DNA from: Eledone cirrhosa
Taxonomy: Eukaryota
Assembly: GCA_964016885.1 (NCBI GenBank)
Contig: OZ024745.1
Coordinates: 51,212,001-51,276,000 of the forward strand
DNA: 64,000 bases
Direction: 5' to 3'
Positions 14,783 through 25,393 of the stretch are shown piece by piece (position 1 is the first letter of the stretch; each line of letters begins with the position of its first letter). The notes below the pieces were generated by a model, which saw nothing but the letters and a program-made list of their open reading frames with translations, did not search any database and was not told where the DNA came from. A program made the position numbers and the translations under genes.

Positions 14783-15130
14783 CTAACATTGTAGTTTTAA
14801 TGTATCCCAGATCAGATGCTTTAAATCAGACATAAGACCTCCCACACGCGAACATCGCATCATTTTCTCCCCCAAAGTGTACACTAGGTCAGGCGTGTTG
14901 TGATGGAGTTTGGCCACAATTTTATTTGTTTCAACTACCATACTGGCATGTTCATAAAAATTATTCTTGGTTATAGTGCCAAGTTTCACTGTGTTGTCAA
15001 TTATTGTAGCAGCAGCAATTTTACCCTCCCCCTTTTTCTTCATCTTCCCATCCACCTCATCATCGTAATACATATTATAAACATATTTTGACATATTTTC
15101 TGCTTCCATTCAAAATGCCATTCTTGGCTA
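14783..15130 (-). pseudogene. Possible decayed piggyBac-like transposase fragment
   Basis: KNGI (other frame), SKYVYNMYY..GK, TITKNNFY and LVYTL loosely follow the piggyBac motif order KYGI..YVYN..Y.GK..ITxDNFF..LVGT. Resemblance judged by eye only. Confidence 0.4.
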
Positions 15131-15367
15131 TATTTTAAAGAAATTATTAAATCGACAGTAACAAAGATAATCACAGTAACCACAGTAGTCTTATTTCGGA
15201 GCCACTAATTTTATATCAACTCTCACTTTAAAGAGTATGCAGGGACGGTGGAACTGGGGAAGGGGCAGGGGCCATGCCCCTTTATAAATATATTTTTCTC
15301 CCTAAAATACCAAAACACGCATCCATTTGTATATGCGCTACAATTTATGTACATATTATATAGAGAT

Positions 15368-15423
<56 letters not shown>

Positions 15424-15706
15424 TACATATATAGAGAGGGGGAGAGTTTGGTGTAAATTGATATACATTTCTATTTATTTGCCACCAGGGAATCAAAGAT
15501 TGGGACAAATACAAAGGGGGGAGTTTACATACATTTAAAATGACGTGTAAAAAACATATAACAAATTGAATTTAACAATCGATGTCCTCAATAGGGAGGG
15601 GCGTTGACATGGGTCGCACACACCCCCGAACAAATGTACAACCCTTCTCTTCAGGAGCACAAAGAGCGGGTGCTTCCTTCCTCTTCTCATTCTTCTCCTC
15701 TCTCAC

Positions 15707-18700
15707 CTACAGGCTGATATAGAGAGAAGGCCCATTCACTCGGGCCATTCTCGCTACTTTCACCCACCTTTCATAAAACTTGCTGGGCTAAAGCACCTCT
15801 CTCTCCATTTTGATCCTTCTTCTAAAGTGGTACTTGAAAAAAAAGACCAGTTGTAGGCCGGAGATAAAGGTGTCTGACCTCAGCCCTTTCAACCTTGTCC
15901 ACCATACAACTTCTTTCGCCATAGCTATCACACAGAGGAAAGCCGCCTCTCCTTCGTTTTTGAAAGGGGGAGGCGGTTTGATCGTGACAATGTTTTCGGT
16001 GGTCAACTGGATTGGTCCCACCCGCGACAGTAGTCGTTCTACATAGTCCTACAGGTCAGCAACGCCCGGGCAGTGTACGAATGCGTGTGCGACGGTTTCC
16101 TCATCACGCACGCATCTCGGACAGATCTTCTTCGAGGGGTCCCTACCCGGGCGTCTGTGTCTGTAGAGCTTGTCCCGAACGGGTAGAGCTCCTCGGTAAC
16201 ATTGCCAAGCCAGGGACTTTTGGAAGTTGTCCATCGGTCCCCGGCCAAACGTCCTACCGAACAGACTGGCCAGCTCATCTTCCTCCATGCCCAGAGCCTC
16301 TCCGAGAGCGTCGTCGCACTTACTGCACACCAACCCTCTATAGAGTGTTGAGGTTGAGTCTCCACTGATTGCCGGATCCGCTTGCCAGAGGGCTGTGAGC
16401 GCCTGGGCACATTCAATGTGCCAGTCGCCCACTTTTCTCGGTCTTTGCTTGACCCAGGATTGCAGCTCAGTGAGTGAGACGAGTCTCGGAAAGGCTCGCC
16501 TCACAAACAGGGCCCACACTGGCTGACCGGTGAGGAATACCTGGAGGTGCCGTAGCCTTAATGTGTGTCTACGCATCGTCAGCCACGGCAACCCCAGCCC
16601 TCCGTTCGAAGGGTGTTGACAGCAGATGGATCTTCTCACCAAAGGAACCCGCTTCTTCCAAAGAAATCGGAAGAGCGCGCGCTCCATTTTGGCGAGTGTT
16701 TTCTCTGGGCAAGGCACGACGGTCAAGCGGTAGTAGATGACGGACGCTATATAAGCGTTCGCCACCTCCGCTCGACCTTCCAGGGATAGTTTGCACTCGG
16801 CCCACTTCTGGGCGAGTGCAAACACCTTGCCCGTTACATCGTCCCAGTTTTTCTCCACCTGGAGGTCCGGTCCGAACCAGACCCCAAGCAGCTTCACCGG
16901 TCCCTCCGTCCAGCGTCCGTCGATGCCGTCGGAGGGCATCGTTTTGCCCCTCCACGTCCCGAGTTGCAAACCGACGGATTTGTCCCGGTTCAGCTTGGCT
17001 CCTGTGAACCTTTCATATTCCTCCAGTAAGGTGCCGATCTGCCCGATTTCCGAGGCGCACGACACCATTACTGTCACGTCATCGGCGTAGGCCGACACCG
17101 CTTTCCGCAATCCCGGTTCCAAGGGGATGCCCTGCAACAGCTCCAGCTTCCGCAGTAGTGACTCGAGAGCCAGCACATACAGGAGGGAGGAGAGAGGGCA
17201 TCCCTGTCGGATGGATCGCGTGATTTGGAACGGCTCCGAGAGGTAGCCGTTCACCTTGACCCTCGTGCATCTGTTGCTGCTGTGCATTGCAGCAATCCAG
17301 CCCCTGAAAACGGGTCCGAAGCCTGCCGCCGCGAGCACCGCATCCAGGTACCGATGGTCAACCCTATCGAACGCCTTAGATTGATCCAAGTTGATCAGGG
17401 CCCCACTAAAGCCGGGTTCGTTCCCTACCCTCTCTACGATGTATCGCATGAGGTGGAGGTTGTCGTGTATGGACTTGGACGGGATTGCGCATGTCTGCGC
17501 TTCTCCCACCAGGTTCCCGACGACAAACGCCAACCTCTTCGCTAACACCTTGGCCAAAATCTTTAACTCTGTGTTTAGCAGAGTTATGGGCCTGAAGTTA
17601 TCTATGTCATCCCCCTTGTTCTCGTCCTTCCTCACCAGCGTGACTACGCCCTTGGTCACAGAACTGGGAATTCTCCCGTTCTGTTGCCAGTTGCAGTAGA
17701 CCGCCTCGAGGAGACCGGAGAACAAGCCTGGCATCGCTACATAGAGTTCGTATGGTAGACCATCGAGACCCGGAGATTTGCGTTTGCCGCATTCGCTCAG
17801 CGCTTCCCCTATTTCAGCGCCTGAAATCGGCCTCTCGAAGGACTACGCCTCCCCGTCCGAGAGCCGCGCCAGACCGTCGAGATATGGACCGAAATCCATG
17901 GCCCCACCCGGCCCGTCGCCCCTCCTGAACAGTCGTGCAAAGCGCCGTTGAAAGGCCGCGCTCATCCGCTCAGGTTCAAGGAACACGCGTCCATCCTGGT
18001 CCTTCAAAGACCGAATCGTGGACTTGTTTCCACTTTTTGCCTCTGTCACTCGGGCCCAGCTAACAGCTTTGGCTCCCTCGTTACCCAGAGCACGTATTTT
18101 ACTCCTGACAACGCAGCCCTCGTGCTTCGCATCAAAGAACTGGTCTAGGGCCGTTCTTGACGCCAGCACGCCGGCCACGTTGCCACTCCTAATCGCCTCT
18201 TCTACTCTATTTATTAATTCCCTTTCAGTTCTATTCCTATCTGATGCTAATTCCCGACTAAAACCTATCGATTCTATTCTAATTTCTCTCTTGAGAGAGA
18301 CCCACCACCTGCTGTTGACAATTGCCCCCGTCAAACGCTGCTTAACTAGTGTGCTAATCCGCTTACTGTAAGCTTTGTTTGTCGGTAAAGACAAGTTTAG
18401 CTTCCATTAACCGGGTCCCTGCCTATGAGTTCTATCAAGGTTGACCACTACGGTCACCAACTTGCCGAATAGTCAATCATGAACATTCGTGGACAGCTTA
18501 ATATGTCCCTATCCTTATTTCTAACTAGGAACCTATCTAGGTACGACCTAGATGTTCCGCTGAGATTAGTCCACGTCCACAGTGGCACAGTCGGAAAATC
18601 TAGTCGATATCTATCGGCCAGATCAAATCGGCCGATTAATCGTTTGAGGCTTTTACACCCCTCTCTATCGGGACATGCTCCTACATAGTCCCAACGTGCA

Positions 18701-19140
18701 TCCAGGATAACATTCCAGTCCCCCACTAAAAGCAAGGAGCGAGACGTTCCCAGGAAATTCTCCAGGCGTCGGAAGAAGTCCGGTCGCGGTATCCCAGATG
18801 GGGCATACGCTGCGACCAGCCTGAAAGCTCCACCTTCACCACTGCCGACGTCTAAAACCACCAGTCGACCCTCCGGGTCCAGGTGTACCTTCTGTGTGTC
18901 AAGACCCAGGTATTTTCGCAGCAGAACGACAACCCCACCCCCGCCCCTCGGCTGACAGAGAGATGCGTAGATCTCAAAGTCGTCGAAGATGGGGGCCAGT
19001 TGGCGCTCGCTGCTGATCCTGGACTCGCAAATAACCATTACATCCACTCTGTGCGACCTGAGGTCATTTAAGAGTTTGCCCTGTTTCCAGGACATCCCCA
19101 GGCCGCGTGCATTCACACATCCAACTCTTATATAGGCCAT
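15707..19140 (-). pseudogene. LINE ORF2 (APE endonuclease-RT-CCHC) with at least one frameshift and several in-frame stops
   Basis: NARGL, ICES, GDWN, SYLDRF; KSPGLDG, FRPITLLN, LDQSKAFDRVDH, IRQGCPLS, AYADDV; CPRC..ETVAHAFVHC. Confidence 0.92.
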
Positions 19141-19147
19141 GTTGGTG

Positions 19148-19186
19148 CTGAAGAGTTAAAAAGGAAGAGGAAAGGAAATTACTTAC
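19148..19186 (-). other. Candidate 39-nt GT-AG intron between ORF1 and ORF2
   Basis: AG|GTAAGT-aatttcctttcctcttcctttttaactcttCAG|CACCAACATGG. Confidence 0.5.
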
Positions 19187-19893
19187 CTCTTCGTCTCCTG
19201 GGGACCAGGCTGCACAATTTCCATGGGGGTGTTGGAAGGGTTGTTTGGTGGGGTGGTGGTTTGTGGTGGGGTGAGGACATCAGTGTGTGGTAGGATTAGG
19301 GTGTTTGGTGGGGTGTGGGTGGCTGGTGTGGGAGTGGGGAAACATCTCAATAGGACGTGGTTAAGTGGTTTGGTGCAGTTGGTCCCCACATGCATTGGAT
19401 GGTTCTTTTTGAAAGTTACGTAGGTTTCCGTTGGGACCCTAATCATCATTAGGTGCGGTTTGTTCGCTGCGTAGGTGAAAGTGATCCCTTCGATTTCCAC
19501 CGAAGGGTTATTTTCTATTGCTTTCAATAAAGTTTTATTGTTCTTGTTAATGTATGTATAGAGTTTTTGTTGTGTTGTGTTTGTTTTTGTTTGTTGTTCT
19601 TGTGCGTGTTTGCGTTTTGTAGTATGTGTTATGTTTTGGGGAGGGGTGGTTTTTGTTTGTGATGTTTGTTCTGTTTGTGCTGGTGGTTGTGTGTTTGTAG
19701 CATTTTTGTTAATGTGGTGCCTTTTTTTCCTCTTCACCTGTTGAAAGGGTTCTCCCTCGTCGTCACTGGGTGACGTTGATATGGAGTCCTCTTCCATGTT
19801 GTTGGGGAGGGGTATAAATTGGGGTTTTGTTGTGGTTGCTTTTGTATTTGTTTTAGGTGGGGAGGGGTTGGGTGTAACAGTGTTTTTAAACAA
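19183..19893 (-). CDS. Putative LINE ORF1 (short or 5'-truncated, low complexity)
   Basis: Open frame directly upstream of ORF2; basic FQQVKRKKR patch; true start uncertain (ATG of MEEDS is possible). Confidence 0.6.
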   Translation of the reverse strand: MFKNTVTPNPSPPKTNTKATTTKPQFIPLPNNMEEDSISTSPSDDEGEPFQQVKRKKRHHINKNATNTQPPAQTEQTSQTKTTPPQNITHTTKRKHAQEQQTKTNTTQQKLYTYINKNNKTLLKAIENNPSVEIEGITFTYAANKPHLMMIRVPTETYVTFKKNHPMHVGTNCTKPLNHVLLRCFPTPTPATHTPPNTLILPHTDVLTPPQTTTPPNNPSNTPMEIVQPGPQETKR

Positions 19894-20116
19894 TGTAGGT
19901 CAGGTGGCCGTAATAGTCGGTTTTTATCTGTATTAACTTGCCCATTATTTAGCTTTGTTAGTGTTGTCTTATACACGTATGCTATTGAGGATGAGAAAGA
20001 TAGACAGCTCTCTCATCTAATATAGACCACACAAATTCCACTACAGTGATAAATACTTCATCGGTCAGATAAAAACCGACTATTACGGCCACCTGACCTA
20101 CATTGTTTAAAAACAC
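19880..20116. repeat. Perfect 51-bp inverted repeat (19880-19930 / 20066-20116)
   Basis: Checked base by base. Confidence 0.95.
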
Positions 20117-20522
20117 CAGCTTATCTCTACAATTGATATAATACACCCTACGACAGTTTTTACATGTCAATTTTATACATCTGCCTCATGTCAGCTAGTT
20201 TTACACGCTAAATTCATAGATATACTATACTTCCCACCTAGATTGATGTTGTGATTATTTCAAATAATTTATTGCTAACATTGTTGATATTGTTGTTATT
20301 GTTCTAACTGAATGCCATTACTACTACATATAGTAGCCTGTATATTCTTTTCATGCCTGTATATTCTCTTCATTCTCGCAAGCAGCGATGAACTGACTGG
20401 TTATAACTTTGTATTGGCGATCGAGTAACGTGAAAATAAGCGGATAGTTCAGAGAAACAATTGTCAGCAATGAGATTAAAAACCTTTTTTTGTATAGCAA
20501 ACCGTGTCACTCTTCTTTCCTG

Positions 20523-20590
<68 letters not shown>

Positions 20591-20736
20591 TATTTTCCGT
20601 TGTGTTGTAATATAAATATTACACACAGTAGATTATCAGCTCACGTAGAGTTTGCTCGACGGTTCCAGTTGTAGTTCCAAAAGTAATCCGGAGAAAAATA
20701 GAAAGATTTGAATGGATACAGTTTAGTTGAAAGGAA

Positions 20737-20854
20737 TTTATTGACACGTGTTTCTATAACAGTTACATAACCTAAAACAGCTATCTACAAACTTTTAGTT
20801 ATGCAGACATTCAATATTTCAATGTTATTATTTACTGTCATTTCATCAGAATAA
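20737..20854 (-). ncRNA. Hammerhead ribozyme of PLE family A, copy 1
   Basis: Reverse complement of 30097-30214. Confidence 0.8.
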
Positions 20855-21444
20855 TATTACTGAGGACCTATTTAGTTTTTATAGAGAATATTAGGAGGAA
20901 GGGGTGAAGTTGTTAGAAGAATAGTTGAAGGAGTGGTTTTTCGATAGCAGTGAGAATTCTTGGTGGCAGTGATTAATTAGATTCCCATCTGTTGTTTTGA
21001 CATTTTTATAGAATATATTATTGGTTATTTTTCTAAATCTATAGAAGGATTAGAGATAGTAAAGATATGCGTGGTTGGTTTTGTGTTTGCACTTAACATT
21101 CAGACTTAAATTTTTCTTTCAAGTGTACGTATTCTTTCACCCACGCATTCACACACAAATATATTTGCACACCTCTACAAAAATACATATACTCACAATT
21201 CACATATTCATACTTACATATATATACACATGCATACACATATATATACACACATGTATTCATGTACATACATACGCGCTCATGTGTATACATTTTCATA
21301 CTCAACTTATCTTTATATATACACACGTATAGACACACACATATATACATACATACTCTAGTCCATGTGTACACACATACACATACATACACATCCATAT
21401 ACACATACATACATACACATATATATATACATATATACATATAC

Positions 21445-21475
<31 letters not shown>

Positions 21476-21498
21476 CACATACATATATACACACATAT

Positions 21499-21533
<35 letters not shown>

Positions 21534-21802
21534 AGCACTTTAATACATGAATACACTTACATCTAACTATACACATCAAACATATATATATATTTACTTA
21601 TTTATATACATTTTCACATATATATACATACTTATGGACGTTTTTAGACACATTCATTATCGCATATTTGTACCTATTCTCATCAGCATATCTTTTCATT
21701 ATTAGTATGGTAATTTAAGGTTATTAATATATGTTGAAAAGAGATTGTTTTTATATTTTTCTAACTAGATTAAGGTTTATATAGTTGGGGGATGTCCCTC
21801 TT

Positions 21803-24124
21803 TTATGTAATATTCGGCTTGTAGTGGGAAAAAAGGGTTTTAGTTCTGTGACGGCAGAATAATGTTCGTTCAATTCTGTTATTCAGCAGTTTCTTCTTGT
21901 GTGTGATTATGTAATAAATCTCAAGATTACACAATTTGCAGAAATTTTGGCTCCTGGAAAAGCTTTGGGTTTTAGCTAATTTTTCCCATTTTAGGGTAAA
22001 CTTTTGATTGCTATCCCTGAGCGTCCAAGCTTTCTCTGCTAAAGTTGTTACATTTCTTTGGCTCTGGTGTTTTATTGAGTAAGAATGCCTATACAATCGA
22101 GATTTAAACGATGTTGCCGTTGATCCCACGTAATACCACTCGTTGCCTCCGGATTTAATGGTACACTTATAAATAATATTTTTTTCCAGGCAGTTATTGC
22201 CGAGGGGGCAGTTGTCAGGATAGGTGCAGTTACAGTTGTGTACGTTGGGTTTTCTCTGGAGTAGTATTGCGGACGAACTTAGGTGTGGTTTATTTATGTT
22301 CTGTAGTGTATTGTCTACTGTTTTTTTGGGGTTCTTTGTACTTAAGTTCTTAGTGTTTTCGTTTAACCTTCTAGTATTGATCTTTTTTATGTGTTGTTCA
22401 AGGTTTAACGCTGTAGAGTATGACAGTCTTATAGTGGTAGGGTTTAGGATTTTGTGGTATTTGTGTGATGTGGGAAAATGTCTTTTAATTATTTTAAAGA
22501 AGAGTACTGGTAAATTTGTACTAATGGAGCTATTGTATTCGGGGTTATACCATAAGTACTCTTTGCATCGCTTTCTATTAGTTTTGTTTGTTGGTTTACT
22601 GGTGTGCATACTATGGTAGTAAGTGTGGTTTGGTGTTGTGTTATTATATCTACCTATGTGGGATTTATTTTGGGTGTTTTGATTGTTCCCATCTATGTAC
22701 TCTATTTTGTTGAGGTAGCCTGCTTTACTAAGGGCGTTATCGTAGTACTCGGCGTGTTCCTTAAATACTTGTATGTTAGAAGATAGACCCGAGATTCTAA
22801 GGGAAATATTTTTAGGGATAGATTTAATTATAGAGATGGGGTGGTTAGACCCAACATTTACGTATTTGAGATTTTCATTCAATTTATGAAACGGTTTAAT
22901 CAAACCAGAGTTTAAATTGAGTGTGACATCCAGGAAGTTAACTACTTTAAGGTTGTATTCATATGTTATAGTTAGTCCTATTTCGAGTAGTAGTTTTCTT
23001 ATATCTTTGCGTAGTTTTTCTAGTTTTTGGTTATTAAGGTTTTTAGCTAGGAGGAGAACATCGTCGCGGTATATTCCGCCGTGGAGATTGCTGAATTTTT
23101 CCTGGAGTCTAAAGGCGATAAATAACCCCACAATATCAGTTATTTCCGCCGAATCGTTAGAGCCCATTGTTATGTCAAAGTTAGAGGGTCTATCTTTACG
23201 TACCCAATAACTGTTCTCAAATTTGACTATAGTTTTCCTAGCTTCTAATATAATCTTAATTTCATCGTTTGTAAGGTCGGAGTTATCCTTAGCAAACTTA
23301 ATGGCTCTATTCAAAGTTTCAGGTGATATCGATGAGTAATATTCATCGATATCAAACTGGATAAACTTAGATTTATTCTTATTGCTAATGCTATTAAACC
23401 ATCTTATTGCTTCTTGGGTCTTCCCCCAGAGTTTAATGTTAACCTTAGCCTTAATTTGGGGGATGATTCTATCTAAGATATATTTGCTTATTTTACCTAT
23501 ATCTGATTTAGAGGGGCAGATTAATCTAATTTTAGGGTCATTATCAAAGTTTACCTTGTGGTCCTTAAGATTGAAAGTGGGTACCGCCGGTAAGAGTGGT
23601 CCTGTCCTATCTTCGATTCCGAGATTTTTCACTATTTCGCATGCCTCATCATTGATGTGCTTAAGGGTTATTTCACTCGTTTTTCTATATTTTTTATGTA
23701 ATTCTTTTCGAATGAAGTTGTTGTATGTAGTGCAATCCATAGTGTACAGGTTTGATGTTTTGTCCGCTTTTACTACAATTCCTTTGGTGTTTTTAAGGTC
23801 GTCCAGTAGTTTTTTTATATCTTTCTGTAATTTGCTGTTGGTGTTGCGTCCTTTGAATTTAATTTTAAGGATTAAGTTCATAAGGTCCTGCTCAAATGCA
23901 TCTAATAGTGGGTTGGTGGGTGGGTTTTTACAAGTCCTAAAACCGAATTTTTTGTTTACACCACTTTCTAATGTTGAGTTCATACGGCTTCTATCATAGT
24001 GGAGCGTTTTCCACCTGACACGTCGAATGAATTCATTAGTTTTTTGAATCATGCTCAATAAATATTCCTTTCTACCTTGGGTGGGTATGTTTTTGAGTGA
24101 CATATCCAGGTAGTGTTTTTCCAT
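21803..24124 (-). CDS. Intact PLE polyprotein: RT + C-terminal GIY-YIG endonuclease (773 aa, Naiad-like)
   Basis: SLKNIP, KADKT, QFDIDEYYSSI, FDITMGSNDSAEI, IYRDD, NFLDVTL, SNHP; CNC..CPL..C; NIIYKC..YYVG..FKSRLYRH; CKLC..E; CRH. Confidence 0.95.
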   Translation of the reverse strand: MEKHYLDMSLKNIPTQGRKEYLLSMIQKTNEFIRRVRWKTLHYDRSRMNSTLESGVNKKFGFRTCKNPPTNPLLDAFEQDLMNLILKIKFKGRNTNSKLQKDIKKLLDDLKNTKGIVVKADKTSNLYTMDCTTYNNFIRKELHKKYRKTSEITLKHINDEACEIVKNLGIEDRTGPLLPAVPTFNLKDHKVNFDNDPKIRLICPSKSDIGKISKYILDRIIPQIKAKVNIKLWGKTQEAIRWFNSISNKNKSKFIQFDIDEYYSSISPETLNRAIKFAKDNSDLTNDEIKIILEARKTIVKFENSYWVRKDRPSNFDITMGSNDSAEITDIVGLFIAFRLQEKFSNLHGGIYRDDVLLLAKNLNNQKLEKLRKDIRKLLLEIGLTITYEYNLKVVNFLDVTLNLNSGLIKPFHKLNENLKYVNVGSNHPISIIKSIPKNISLRISGLSSNIQVFKEHAEYYDNALSKAGYLNKIEYIDGNNQNTQNKSHIGRYNNTTPNHTYYHSMHTSKPTNKTNRKRCKEYLWYNPEYNSSISTNLPVLFFKIIKRHFPTSHKYHKILNPTTIRLSYSTALNLEQHIKKINTRRLNENTKNLSTKNPKKTVDNTLQNINKPHLSSSAILLQRKPNVHNCNCTYPDNCPLGNNCLEKNIIYKCTIKSGGNEWYYVGSTATSFKSRLYRHSYSIKHQSQRNVTTLAEKAWTLRDSNQKFTLKWEKLAKTQSFSRSQNFCKLCNLEIYYIITHKKKLLNNRIERTLFCRHRTKTLFSHYKPNIT

Positions 24125-24327
24125 TGTTGTGGTTGCGTTTGCTGTGTGGGTTGCTCGACTTTACAGGAGGTAAATATACAGTATTTTCCGTTGTGTTGTA
24201 ATATAAATATTACACACAGTAGATTATCAGCTCACGTAGAGTTTGCTCGACGGTTCCAGTTGTAGTTCCAAAAGTAATCCGGAGAAAAATAGAAAGATTT
24301 GAATGGATACAGTTTAGTTGAAAGGAA

Positions 24328-24445
24328 TTTATTGACACGTGTTTCTATAACAGTTACATAACCTAAAACAGCTATCTACAAACTTTTAGTTATGCAGACA
24401 TTCAATATTTCAATGTTATTATTTACTGTCATTTCATCAGAATAA
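24328..24445 (-). ncRNA. Hammerhead ribozyme of PLE family A, copy 2
   Basis: Same sequence as copy 1, offset 3591. Confidence 0.8.
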
Positions 24446-25035
24446 TATTACTGAGGACCTATTTAGTTTTTATAGAGAATATTAGGAGGAAGGGGTGAAG
24501 TTGTTAGAAGAATAGTTGAAGGAGTGGTTTTTCGATAGCAGTGAGAATTCTTGGTGGCAGTGATTAATTAGATTCCCATCTGTTGTTTTGACATTTTTAT
24601 AGAATATATTATTGGTTATTTTTCTAAATCTATAGAAGGATTAGAGATAGTAAAGATATGCGTGGTTGGTTTTGTGTTTGCACTTAACATTCAGACTTAA
24701 ATTTTTCTTTCAAGTGTACGTATTCTTTCACCCACGCATTCACACACAAATATATTTGCACACCTCTACAAAAATACATATACTCACAATTCACATATTC
24801 ATACTTACATATATATACACATGCATACACATATATATACACACATGTATTCATGTACATACATACGCGCTCATGTGTATACATTTTCATACTCAACTTA
24901 TCTTTATATATACACACGTATAGACACACACATATATACATACATACTCTAGTCCATGTGTACACACATACACATACATACACATCCATATACACATACA
25001 TACATACACATATATATATACATATATACATATAC

Positions 25036-25066
<31 letters not shown>

Positions 25067-25089
25067 CACATACATATATACACACATAT

Positions 25090-25124
<35 letters not shown>

Positions 25125-25393
25125 AGCACTTTAATACATGAATACACTTACATCTAACTATACACATCAAACATATATATATATTTACTTATTTATATAC
25201 ATTTTCACATATATATACATACTTATGGACGTTTTTAGACACATTCATTATCGCATATTTGTACCTATTCTCATCAGCATATCTTTTCATTATTAGTATG
25301 GTAATTTAAGGTTATTAATATATGTTGAAAAGAGATTGTTTTTATATTTTTCTAACTAGATTAAGGTTTATATAGTTGGGGGATGTCCCTCTT

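Larger units (their letters stand above)
15460..19880 (-). mobile_element. Tx1/L1-clade LINE, near full length (ORF1 + disrupted ORF2)
   Basis: APE, RT and C-terminal CCHC in order; GC-rich block; 3' UTR ends near aataaa at ~15475. Confidence 0.9.

Noticed and set aside
16012-19071. Overlapping alternative-frame and antisense ORFs in the Tx1 element
   Set aside because: Expected shadows of GC-rich coding DNA.
21803-24124. Selenocysteine recoding as reported for some Naiad PLEs
   Set aside because: No in-frame TGA in the ORF and no convincing SECIS seen.
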